Of a stretch of DNA of 64,000 nt, positions 36,119 through 46,649 are shown piece by piece. The position numbers and the translations under genes were made by a program. The stretch lies in the NCBI GenBank assembly GCA_000004985.1, contig GG738880.1; one strand, written 5' to 3'. Under the pieces are notes generated by a model, which was not told where the DNA came from, did no database searches, and saw nothing but the letters and a program-made list of their open reading frames with translations. The stretch's first letter is position 1. The number at the start of each line of letters is the position of its first letter. The DNA is from Naegleria gruberi. Lineage: Eukaryota.

Positions 36119-37459
36119 CTTGTTGTTGTTAAATATATTATTTAAGGTTATTAGTTGTTGTTGGATTAATACAATGCTGTTTGGATATTGTTAATAAATA
36201 GAGAAATGATGAAGGTTATTAACAATTATATATTTAGGAAGGGTATTATATGAAGGGGTGGAATATATAATAATGGATGATGAGAATGATGGTAGAATAT
36301 TAAGCGTTTGTACACCAATATTAAGCAATATCAAACTATTGAAAAGTGTATACAAAGAGGATTACCTTCTTCTGTATATTTAGAGTCGAGTTTGGTAAGG
36401 ATTCACCTTTGAAGAGATGAGGTGTAATGGTGGTGGTTGTTGTTGCTCTATTTTATTTTGTTGTTGCTTGATTGCAAGTGAACCTGGGAGCCAATGCCTT
36501 AATAAAGAGCGAAGAATACATCCCTGGCAAATTCAAGGTTTGTCTCTCCCATCAAGAGACCATTTGGAAACATGTTCTTCTTAATGTTCAATAAAAACTC
36601 AGTAAAAACAATTTGTTTATATTATTAAGCTTCCTTAATAGATTCCGACAATGACCTAAAATTGTCAGTTGGTTCTGAAATAGTACTTTGATTTATCAAT
36701 TCCAAATTATATATTGGAATGGAGTACTTAGGCTGTATACTTATTTAGAAAAGAATTCCATCGAAACAGTTGTGGAAGATCCTCCATTTGTTAAGCTGAG
36801 AGTGTACAATGTTTCATCCTTGGACCCTTTCTTCCAAACAGCAACTGATATATCTTCCCGCTTAATTGATTCTTGATCAATGGCAGTTATTAAAGTCAGG
36901 TGCTAATCTCTTATAAAAATCCAGTACTATTGTGTGTACTGTGGGAATGTTCAGCAACCATTCATTTCCATTCCTGTTGAAAATTTAGATTTCAATGGTT
37001 AATATTGCCATTTATAGATATGTTTCTCCATAGTTTTTGTTAGTTGCCCATCAATATCTTTTGTGCAAAATCTAAGAAATTGGTGGCAAACAAATAAATT
37101 TACCTTAATAAAAAATCAATCAGAAATGACAATATTCAGTGATCATACTTGTTTAAAACCTAATTGGATGAATACTACTTAATTTTAGTTTTTAAATACT
37201 AATATTTTTTTGTAAATATTCAATAAAATTGAACCTTGAAATTGTTGGATAAAAATAACCTCCTTTCTCTTGTCGGCTGCAGTCCTAAAACAGCCAACAA
37301 TAATTTCGCCGCCATCAAGATTCGCCTTTGTCTATTAATTTCTCGATGATCATCATTAAAACCAATAAATTTCACCCGAGCCAGGATTTGAGCTGTTTTC
37401 CAATATTAAAACAAATACCTCAACAACTCTAGTAAATATTTAAACATAAAGTCAAAAAG

Positions 37460-38137
37460 ATGATGAAACAAATTAGCTCTTCCTCAAACAAGAAATTGCT
37501 CACCTCCCTCACTTGTTCAACTTTGAGAAACTTTTCGACCCGATCATTGTGTGCCTTTAAGGAAGTTGAATTTTTGGATATTCGTGAATCATTGGAAGGT
37601 GCCTCTGCCAAGCATGTTCAAGTTGTCGATGTCAGAACTCAACAAGAATTTGAAACAGCTGAACACAAATTCAATATTGGTTTCAATTTACCAGTCCAAA
37701 CTCTTTCTTCCAATATTTCCCTTCTAGATACTTCCAAGCCAGTTTATGTCGTTTGTCAATCTGGTTTGAGAGCTAAACGTGCTGCTGAAATGTTGGATAA
37801 CAGTGGATTCAAAGATGTCTATTGCATTAAGGGAGGTTTCAATGATATCAAAAATAAGGCCACCTCCAATGATCCAATTGTTGCCAAGAGAGACACCAAT
37901 GCTTCTCAAGTCTGGTCATTGGAAAGACAAGTCAGATTCACAGCTGGTATGTTCGTTGCAGCTGGTGTTGCTGGTTTCCTCGCTAGTGGAAATCCATACT
38001 TTTTGGCAGTGCCTGGATTTGTTGGTTGTGGTCTAATGTTTGCCTCCATTACCAATACGTGTGCTATGGGTGCAGTCTTACTCAAAATGCCATGGAACAA
38101 GGTTAACCCAAATGTATGTCCTGTAATAAAGAAATAA
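37460..38137 (+). CDS. Rhodanese-domain protein with C-terminal YgaP/DUF2892-like hydrophobic module; N-terminal presequence-like region
   Basis: 225-aa ORF. The rhodanese active-site loop is VYVVCQSGLRAKRAAEML..CIKGGF. The C-terminal module is QVRFTAGMFVAAGVAGFLASGNPYFLAVPGFVGCGLMFASITNTCAMGAVLLKMPW. This resembles the bacterial YgaP membrane-rhodanese arrangement. The N-terminus is S/T/R-rich without acidic residues. Confidence 0.7.
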   Translation: MMKQISSSSNKKLLTSLTCSTLRNFSTRSLCAFKEVEFLDIRESLEGASAKHVQVVDVRTQQEFETAEHKFNIGFNLPVQTLSSNISLLDTSKPVYVVCQSGLRAKRAAEMLDNSGFKDVYCIKGGFNDIKNKATSNDPIVAKRDTNASQVWSLERQVRFTAGMFVAAGVAGFLASGNPYFLAVPGFVGCGLMFASITNTCAMGAVLLKMPWNKVNPNVCPVIKK

Positions 38138-38856
38138 TACTTTATCTTGTTCCTATTTTATAATGACTCGTGATATTAAGTGAATAAGGACAAGGTTACT
38201 CAACTTTCAAGGTATTCTTCTTTAACATGGTATTGAATACAACACAATTATTTTACAAAACCAATTTCAGTTCCTTAATGTCTCTTCCCCATGATTTTGT
38301 ATGTTGACCAAACAAGGTCAAGTTGAACTCTAAAATTAAAATAATTCGGTCAAACTTTCCATATTTTAAAAAAATAACGAAAAATACTCTTGTGGCGTTG
38401 TGGCTCATTTTGGAAGAAAAGCCACCATCGCAACAACAGAGAGATTTTGTACAAAATCCTCACATTCAATCTAAAACAAATAACCACTACATCATACAAT
38501 TATTTATTTATTAATATTCGGCATCATCAGGAAGCACTTTAATAACTACGCACCGAGGCCGAAAGATAGTCAGAGGCATCAATCAATTAACCTCCCAAAA
38601 ATCCCTTGTTGTGCTGCTTTGAGTTTGTGAGGATCTCTCTCATTGTACACAATTAACAATTGCTAATTCAACTCTAATTTATATTATCAAATTCTCAGAG
38701 AAAAAGACATTAAAACCTCTGTTTGTCCTCTCTCTGACAACAAACCAACCACCATACCAATTTACAAACATACTAATCGATCCTCCTCTCATTCTCTTGG
38801 TGTGATCCTACAACAACAATAATAATACTCAACCAGTACAAGAGAAGATTTTCAAT

Positions 38857-40689
38857 ATGGGAAATACAAAGTCCAACAATAAGATACCTGCCATTCTTTG
38901 TGAACCTACCTATCACATCTATTCTGATACTGGTGCTTGGGATGTGGCCACATTGAAAAAGTTGGTCATTGATGGTCGACTTGCTCCATTCTATCCACCT
39001 GTTTCTGAAGTACCACCAATTCCTACAACTAATACCAACAACAATACAATAATTACTACTACTGCCAATCATTCTCATCATCATACTAACAATAACTCAA
39101 CTACCACCACAACTTCACAAGAACAAAACCGTGGGAGAAAACGATCAACAAATTCATCAACTCCTGATCGTAAATCATCCATTCTCTCCCGATTCCATAC
39201 CATTCTTCATGTAAATAATAATAACAATGAAAATAACAATCATTCAACAGCTGTTGAACAAACTTCCTCTGCTGAACCACAAGCACCAAGACCTCTCGAT
39301 GAATTTTACGATGAGTGTCCTATCTGTATGATGTACTATCAGGGAGGAATGAACGTTGCCAAATGTTGTTCCCAACGAATTTGTTCAGAGTGTGTTATTC
39401 AAATATGTAAACAAGGACCAAAGCATGCAGAGACTAGCTCAGTTTGTCCCTTCTGTAAATCTTGTCCTTTCAAGATTGACTACAAGGGACCAAAGCCATG
39501 GTCTCAACGTTGTAGAGAATTAGAAGAAGAACAAGCTGTCATTCAATTGAAAATTAAACATCAACAAGAGGAAGACAAGCAACAGGAAGAGGAAAGAAAG
39601 AAACGTTTAGAATCTTCCAACTCTCTCAATAACTCTCAACAAGATGCTTCCATACTGAGTAATTTAACAAGAAACAACAATACTAATACCAGTTTCACAA
39701 GTACTACAACCACCACTACCACTAACACCTTGTCTAATAATAATAGCTTTTCTTCACCAACCATTTCTACTCCTTCCACCAATTTGGTCAATCCTGCTTC
39801 TGGTATTTCATTCCTGGAGACATACTTTGCCAATAGACGTATGAATGAACATCAACATCAACAACAACAACAACAAACTGAAGAAAGTTTAACCACCACT
39901 ACTAACAATTCTACCACACCTACCTCCTCTACCTATTCCACACAAAATCAAGACAATGATGATTCTTACTTTAGATATATTTTCGGAACAGACAGAGCTC
40001 CTTCATCACCAACAAGAACATTGCAACATGCTCTCATCTCTCGTCTTCAGAATCGATTCTTCATAGAGGATGATACTGCTGATGAGGATGAAGAAGAGGA
40101 TGAACACGACTATTTGGGTTACTATTTGGCAGGTAATCGTTCGCCAATCAGAAGACCTGCTGGTCCAATTTATAATAACACTAACAACAATACTAGAGTT
40201 GGTACACCAAATAGAGCTACTAATAACAATGCTGCAATGAGTTCTTCTACTGTCACTCCAACAACAAACAATATCTCTTCAACACCAGCCAATGACCACA
40301 TTGAAGGATTGCCAACCTTTTCTGATTTCATTCCAAATTCCATTGATGTCACTAACGTGTCGGCTGATGACGAAATGTTGAATGAGGCCATTCGTCTCTC
40401 ACTGTTGGAACAAGGAACCACTCACCATGAGTCTGTGATTTTGGATTTTAATATTCCTATTAATCATACAAATACTAGTAATAATATCAGTAATAATATC
40501 AGTGTAGGAATTAACACCACAACAACTCAACAATCAATTTCCATCTCACCAATCATTTCATCACCACTCTCAACTCTTCCAAATCATTCGGCAAATACAA
40601 ATCAGACAATCAGTAATAGTTCTGTCACTTTTGAAGAAAATGATGAGGAACTTCAAATGGTTCTCAGATTGAGTTTGTTGGATAAGTAA
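38857..40689 (+). CDS. GW2/DA2-like RING-type E3 ubiquitin ligase; N-myristoylation motif, two C-terminal UIMs
   Basis: 610-aa ORF beginning MGNTKSNN. The block LKKLVIDGRLAPFYPPV..CPICMMYYQGGMNVAKCCSQRICSECVIQICKQGP..CPFCKSCPFKIDYKGP is collinear with the unusual RING of plant GW2/DA2 as I recall it ([35 protein letters not shown]). The C-terminus has two UIM-like motifs (DDEMLNEAIRLSLLEQ; NDEELQMVLRLSLLDK). The middle is N/T/S/Q-rich. Confidence 0.6.
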   Translation: MGNTKSNNKIPAILCEPTYHIYSDTGAWDVATLKKLVIDGRLAPFYPPVSEVPPIPTTNTNNNTIITTTANHSHHHTNNNSTTTTTSQEQNRGRKRSTNSSTPDRKSSILSRFHTILHVNNNNNENNNHSTAVEQTSSAEPQAPRPLDEFYDECPICMMYYQGGMNVAKCCSQRICSECVIQICKQGPKHAETSSVCPFCKSCPFKIDYKGPKPWSQRCRELEEEQAVIQLKIKHQQEEDKQQEEERKKRLESSNSLNNSQQDASILSNLTRNNNTNTSFTSTTTTTTTNTLSNNNSFSSPTISTPSTNLVNPASGISFLETYFANRRMNEHQHQQQQQQTEESLTTTTNNSTTPTSSTYSTQNQDNDDSYFRYIFGTDRAPSSPTRTLQHALISRLQNRFFIEDDTADEDEEEDEHDYLGYYLAGNRSPIRRPAGPIYNNTNNNTRVGTPNRATNNNAAMSSSTVTPTTNNISSTPANDHIEGLPTFSDFIPNSIDVTNVSADDEMLNEAIRLSLLEQGTTHHESVILDFNIPINHTNTSNNISNNISVGINTTTTQQSISISPIISSPLSTLPNHSANTNQTISNSSVTFEENDEELQMVLRLSLLDK

Positions 40690-41621
40690 TGTACAAAAAA
40701 AACAAAACACATTAAAGAATTCTATTTTATCTTCTTGTTTTTTTCAATCATTTCTCTGGAGAGGTACAGATTTCCTTCTCCCTTAATTGAATTATTTCAA
40801 TAAGCTTCGAACTGGTTGATTCAAATTACTTCTTTTGAATCAACCCGTGGTTGGATGTTAGTACCGAGAGTGCCTTGACAATCACCTCATTGATATTGCT
40901 AAGTTCCAGATCAAGCTGGGATCATCCGTGGTGATGGCATCAGGAAGTTTCTCCTTGGTCAAATTTGATCATTTATTAGATGGATCTCCTTCAGCCAATA
41001 TATTTGGGTTGGCGTTATTTCAAATGGTGAATTAGCTCTACTAGGATGCTACAATTTATCCTAATTTTAAAATTGTTCATGGAGTGAAGGATTTAAAATT
41101 TGGTTTGGCTACTATTGAATATAATGATGAACAGTTACATGCACAAGGATTTGATTTTAGAGACAATCTACAAGTTTGGTGGAAGATTTTGCTATTGCTC
41201 AGGGGCTGTGGATATTTGGAAAGCTATTTGACAATGCATTTGAAATTAGATAGACAGAATTACACACATGATGCTAATGTTTGATAGATTGATTAGATGG
41301 AAAAATGATTGGTGCTGAGGTGAAAAAAGTAATGTCATGGTTTCTCTAAACTACAGTATTGCATCATGTCATTTAATACTATGAAAAAACAATAATTTGT
41401 AATGATGGTTGCTATTTCTAGCTATTTCACTGCTTTTAACCCTCTTAGTGATGCACCCATCAAAAACATTAAGCACTACTTCAATTTTAGACATCTTTAA
41501 ACGCTATTTATCCAAGGTATTTTTTTCGAAATGGGTTTTGATGTTGAAATCTATTGAGAGCAAATTGTAGTTGAAGGAAAAATCAATGAATAGTAGCTGG
41601 TGATGTTTCTACAAGAAAAAA

Positions 41622-44111
41622 ATGACAAAAGTCACTCCTGTTACTACTACAACAACTGATAAGAGACAAAACTATGGAGCCAATGATTCAGTTTCAGATA
41701 TTTTCCAAGAAGAAGAAGAAGAAGAAAATGCTCAATTGATTCAATCAAAAACTCAACCAAAACGAACCATTAATTGTCCCCTCCGTTTATTTCTCATGAC
41801 AACATTGAGTATACTTATCATTGTCTGTGCCATAACTGTTTATTTAGCAGTATTTGTTGGCATGTATTCATCAGTGGACGAATTGACCAACAAGATGATC
41901 CAAACAGTTCAAGGACAAGTCACCAATTACATTGACAGATTTCTAGGAGAGTTGAAAATGTCAAGCAAACTAGCTGCTGGCCACTATAACAATGGACTCG
42001 TTGCCAAGAAAGATTACAGACAATATCTCTATCAAGGATTCAATAATTCAGGAGTTTTTGTTGGCTACTTTTTACAGGTGAATAATCATTCTGAGAGATT
42101 TTCCTATGTGATTATAAATGGAAATTTCTTGTATACCTATCAGGATAATGGATTTCCAGGACTGATTAGAGATCGAGTTAATATCTCAACTGCACAAGTA
42201 ATCAAGTATAATTTTACAGTTTCGTCTGCTCCTCAAAATTTGGAAACGACAGAGTTTTATACTTCAGCCATTTCAGAATCGAATAGTTTGGGAGTTGAGG
42301 GCGTTTTTGGAAAACCGTTTTATGTGGTTGGAGGAGCCATTAGTTTGCCATATGCTACCAAACTTTATTCCACAATGTATCCAGTTAAAAGCTTGATTGG
42401 AATTTGTAGAGCTACCATTCCATTGTACTTGTTGTCAGAATATTTGAGTGGTGTCAAAGTTTTTCAAAAAGGATATGTCATTTTGACAGAATTGAATAGC
42501 ACAATTGCAGTTGCTGGAAGTATCAAGACCACCACCGATGATGGGAGTAACAATTTGAGTATTTTCAATTTGACACAAAATAATGCTGGTCAACTCATGA
42601 ATGACATTTCAATCAATTTTAGAGGATTAGATAATATTCCTTCTAAATTTTCAATTTACAGTATTGATACCAAGTATATTGTATCAGTTTCTAATTACAA
42701 GTTTGATAATGTGTGGAGAATGTTTATTATTGCATACGATGAAGATGTGAGCTTGACAACTAATTTGAGTATTGGAATTTCAATTGGTGTCTCGATTCTT
42801 ATAATAATTATTGGAATGGTATATAGTTTGATATTGAGCAAAATGATTACTCGAACTGTTAACTATTTAGAGGAGCAATTAATGTTTGTGAAGGTGTTTG
42901 ATTTGGAGAAGGTTACACTTTCGTCCAGTATCTTCAAAGAAATGAATCAGATTATAGATAATTTACACACGACAGTATTGTGGTTGAAACAGGTAAAGCC
43001 ATTTATTCCAGCCACTGTGTTTTATCACATTCAGAGCCAAAATGATGAAAACCTTGCTGAAGATAATGAAAAAGCTCAAGATTCGAATAAGCAAACAATT
43101 CATGATAAGAATGGTGATTCAAAGAATATAGATGTGCGTGGCTCCTCTTCACTAGATTCCAAAACGAAAAGCTCTTCACTTTCACTCAATAAGGATGCCA
43201 ATTCATTATTTAAAATGGGATTGTCAAGGAAAACCTGTGCCATTCTTCATATCACATTCAATAAGTTTGAATTACAAACAACACATTCGGATATTTCAGT
43301 CACTCTGTCTAAGGTTTCGACCATGATTAGAAACATTGCCAATATTCATCAAGCTCACTTTCAAATCAACTCTTCTGAAGATATCATTATTGTAATCGAT
43401 CAGAAATCAAATAAGAAACATCCATCAGAAATTGCACTTGAATGTGCTCTCAAAATTACTAATATCATTCATTCCACTAACAATTTACTGAAAGAAAATG
43501 ATTTAAATGGTTTGGATTTCTTTATTGGAATTTCAACAAGTGATAATTCACATGTTGGAAATATTGGATCTAATTCGTTCAGATTCTTCTCTTTCATATC
43601 AAATTCTAGAAAGATTGCAATGAATTTGGCTATTTTGGCAAGCTCACTTGGAGTTAGAATTCTCCTCGATGAAGAGACATTCAACAATACCAAGCAGAAG
43701 TTTATTACAAAACCAGTAGATAGAATATTATTGGAAGGTTCCATTCATTCTTCACAGACAAGTAACATTGCAAATGTTTATGAATTGGTCAAGGAAAAAG
43801 CTGTTGCCCAAGATGAATGGCTTTATGAGCTCGATAATTTGAATTCGAATAAGGAACTTGAAAGTTTGAATGGTGTATTCTCGATATTTAAGGAGATTCC
43901 ACAAGAGAAAATAATTCCAGAATTGGATAGTAATTTGGCATTGATTAATTCGTACCTTGAAAAATCTCCCAATGATGTTGCTGTCAGTAATTTATTGAAC
44001 ATTTTGGAGTATTATAAGCATGTGTGTGGAGGTGATGGTTTTGGAGAAGTGCTGACTCGTATTAGAAACTATTGCAAAAAAGTGAATTATCAGATAACAA
44101 CCATGCAATAA
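41622..44111 (+). CDS. Receptor-like 2-TM membrane protein with large extracytoplasmic sensor region and cytoplasmic class-III nucleotidyl-cyclase-homology-like domain (paralog 1)
   Basis: 829-aa ORF. TM1 is ~LFLMTTLSILIIVCAITVYLAVFVGMY and TM2 is ~ISIGVSILIIIIGMVYSLIL, with a ~330-aa loop between them. The cytoplasmic segment ..IGISTSDNSHVGNIGSNSFRFFSFISNSRKIAMNLA..RILLDEETF has the G.xxGxxxxGxxGxxxxRxxxxGxxVNxAxR spacing of cyclase catalytic domains. One metal-binding Asp position appears lost, so this is tentative and possibly degenerate. It is collinear along its whole length with the gene at 51639..54202. Confidence 0.5.
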   Translation: MTKVTPVTTTTTDKRQNYGANDSVSDIFQEEEEEENAQLIQSKTQPKRTINCPLRLFLMTTLSILIIVCAITVYLAVFVGMYSSVDELTNKMIQTVQGQVTNYIDRFLGELKMSSKLAAGHYNNGLVAKKDYRQYLYQGFNNSGVFVGYFLQVNNHSERFSYVIINGNFLYTYQDNGFPGLIRDRVNISTAQVIKYNFTVSSAPQNLETTEFYTSAISESNSLGVEGVFGKPFYVVGGAISLPYATKLYSTMYPVKSLIGICRATIPLYLLSEYLSGVKVFQKGYVILTELNSTIAVAGSIKTTTDDGSNNLSIFNLTQNNAGQLMNDISINFRGLDNIPSKFSIYSIDTKYIVSVSNYKFDNVWRMFIIAYDEDVSLTTNLSIGISIGVSILIIIIGMVYSLILSKMITRTVNYLEEQLMFVKVFDLEKVTLSSSIFKEMNQIIDNLHTTVLWLKQVKPFIPATVFYHIQSQNDENLAEDNEKAQDSNKQTIHDKNGDSKNIDVRGSSSLDSKTKSSSLSLNKDANSLFKMGLSRKTCAILHITFNKFELQTTHSDISVTLSKVSTMIRNIANIHQAHFQINSSEDIIIVIDQKSNKKHPSEIALECALKITNIIHSTNNLLKENDLNGLDFFIGISTSDNSHVGNIGSNSFRFFSFISNSRKIAMNLAILASSLGVRILLDEETFNNTKQKFITKPVDRILLEGSIHSSQTSNIANVYELVKEKAVAQDEWLYELDNLNSNKELESLNGVFSIFKEIPQEKIIPELDSNLALINSYLEKSPNDVAVSNLLNILEYYKHVCGGDGFGEVLTRIRNYCKKVNYQITTMQ

Positions 44112-44223
44112 ATATTTACTTATTACTCCCTGGATTGATGATGAAATAAAAACAGGCACATGCCACTACAATACAAGATTGGAAAAGATGGTCAAACAAA
44201 AGAATAATGCTGTTGAAAATCAT

Positions 44224-46090
44224 TTAATTTACAGTTTGATATAATGGTTCTGATTCCTTTGTCTCAGTAGTGGCAACACCTCTAATCAATCTGGATAATC
44301 TTGATCTGCTTACTGCCATCACGCAGAAGAGAGAACATGTTAATAACAAGACACCCAAAAGAATTGCCAACAAGATCCAAAAGATTGTTGTCAAACTTCT
44401 TTGCTCATTGTAATTGTCCCTAATGCAAATATCAGCTTCATAATTCTTGCATTCCCTGCACCAATTTACAGGAATGGCATCTCTTTCACAAATCGATTTA
44501 AAGCTAGTGAATGTGCAATTAAAGTCGGTGTCCTTTCCTGGTTGACATCCCTTTCCACCCAAAGATTTCAAAGTATATTCAGCGAATCTGTTATCACTAT
44601 ATCCTCTATTGTAAACAATCTTGATGTAAAAATCGTTAATGGTTGGTTTTTGTCCTTGGGGAACTGAATCACTTAGGTGCAATTCAACTAAAATTTGAGA
44701 TCCATATGGAGGATTTTTTTGAAGCTCAACATAATCATCTGACAACTTTAAGGCAGCCATGAGTGAGAGAATACTCACATCGTGAGCACTGTAATGAATA
44801 TACTTGTATGGTATTGTCTTACTGGCTCCCAGATCAGCTCCATAATTATTTGGTGGCTTTGGGGTTGATAATCCAGTCAATTTATCAATCATCTTGTTCA
44901 TTTCGACAATCATGTTTTGAACAAGTGGTCCACCTCCAAGTTTACCTTGAACTTTTCTATTGAATACCATAAATGTTGCGACGTCTCCCAATTCTTGGAT
45001 CATATCCCAAATCTTGACAAGTTCTTGCAATTTCAATTGCTTGTGGGAGTATTGAACATTTAAAAGATCATAGACCATATAAAAGTTGGCAAAATCAATA
45101 GTCTTCCAAGCAGGATACTTGAATCCAGCTTCACTCCTCAATGCTCTAAAGTATTCATCAGCAAATTTTCTATCGGAAAGTAATTTGTAGAAAGGAATTT
45201 GCTTTTGATTTTCATATGGACTGATGAATGAATTGATCATGTTCATAACATGATTGCCTGATCCTTCCTTGAGACTATTATCAAACGGAATTTCAGTAAC
45301 ATTGGAAATGAAAGCCAAGGTTGGCTTGTACTTGTCAAGAATCTTGAAAAATTCTGAACTTTGTTGATAATTTTCATTATTCAAATCAATAGTTGGACAC
45401 TTTCCATAAGCACTCATCCAAATTTCATTGACATTTTCCTTAGTATTAATTGGAATTGGTTGCATTTGATTTGGAAGAGCTCTCGCTTGTCCAGTAATTG
45501 AAATATCAGCAACTGGTCCATTTCCAGCAGGGAACATTGCTTGTGAAATACTAAAAACTGAAAAGAGAGTTCTATCATAATCGGTAGCATAAAATCTAAA
45601 ATCTCTTGGATTCCAATGAGCTGTCGTTTTCACATCACTATTTTCTGGATAAATTAAATCGGCAATGACATTTGGATTTGGTGCTATTTTTCAATATCAA
45701 TATGTAATGATAATTGATGATTAATAATAATCATGCAAACAAACCTCCAGTCTCATTAATAACTCTCGATAAATATCTTGCATTAAAATGTTGTCCAACA
45801 ATATTACATTGTTGAAGACCCAATCCAGTGAGTTGTCCCTCACCAAATTCAATAGGACCCGATGCATCAAATCCTGCTGTATACGAATACTTGGCCAAAT
45901 CTGTTTGCCAGTCCCACGGATCTGTCGGAACTTGATAAATAGTCACTGGAGATCGATCACAATGTCTCGACAAGACTTGTACCTGAACAATTTTACCCTC
46001 AGCGACCATCATCGTCATACTAAGGGTAGATGCCAGCAAGAGCAGCACAATAAAGGAAAATAAATTTCCCCTCATTTTGAGTTGTTGCAT
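44224..46090 (-). CDS. Histidine acid phosphatase (lysosomal/prostatic acid phosphatase-like) with signal peptide and C-terminal TM anchor; 2 exons (45745..46090, 44224..45683)
   Basis: Exon 1 has the ATG at 46090 after an A-run, the signal peptide MQQLKMRGNLFSFIVLLLLASTLS and the catalytic RHCDRSP (RHGxRxP). It ends ..VINETGGLF, then donor GTTTGT. The 61-nt intron (45684..45744) ends ..AAAAATAG. The phase-1 join gives ..APNPNVIADLIYPENSDVKTTAHWNPRDF... The second catalytic motif is YSAHDVSILSLM. The C-terminus is hydrophobic (IFWILLAILLGVLLLTCSLFCVMAV). Confidence 0.8.
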
Positions 46091-46649
46091 TTTTTCAAAA
46101 AGGTCTAATAGCTTACTCAATGAAATTATAGTACTACCTTAATAGTGGAATTCAGTAAGGAACCAATTTAAGAACAGATTTGTTCTCAATTAATAATGAT
46201 TCTATAAAATGAATTTATTCTTATGTTTAAGGAAATAAGGTCAATCGTTAGATTTTAGGTGAAAGAAATGAAATCTAAAGAAAAAACAAGATTTTTAAGG
46301 TTTTAAAATCATTGGAGAAAGATGTCTAGCCAGCAGGAATTTCCAGACTTCTTTTTCAAGGTAGTTCAACTCCAGCTATTTTGATATGAGCTGATGAAAT
46401 ATCTTCTATCTCAATTAATTTAACAGATATTGAAATAATAAATTGTGTAGAGAGAGAATATATCACTGGGAATCTATCTTCTTCTAAAGAATGTTTCTCA
46501 TCCCTTATTCATTGAATATAATAGTAAAGTATCACAAATATTAAATGCAAAATGTCCAATTGTGAAAATTACAGGAAAAGATAATTCTCTGGTAGAGAAT
46601 GGATGAATGACATGCTGTTCGTGATGTTTTAGTGAGAAGTCAATATCCA

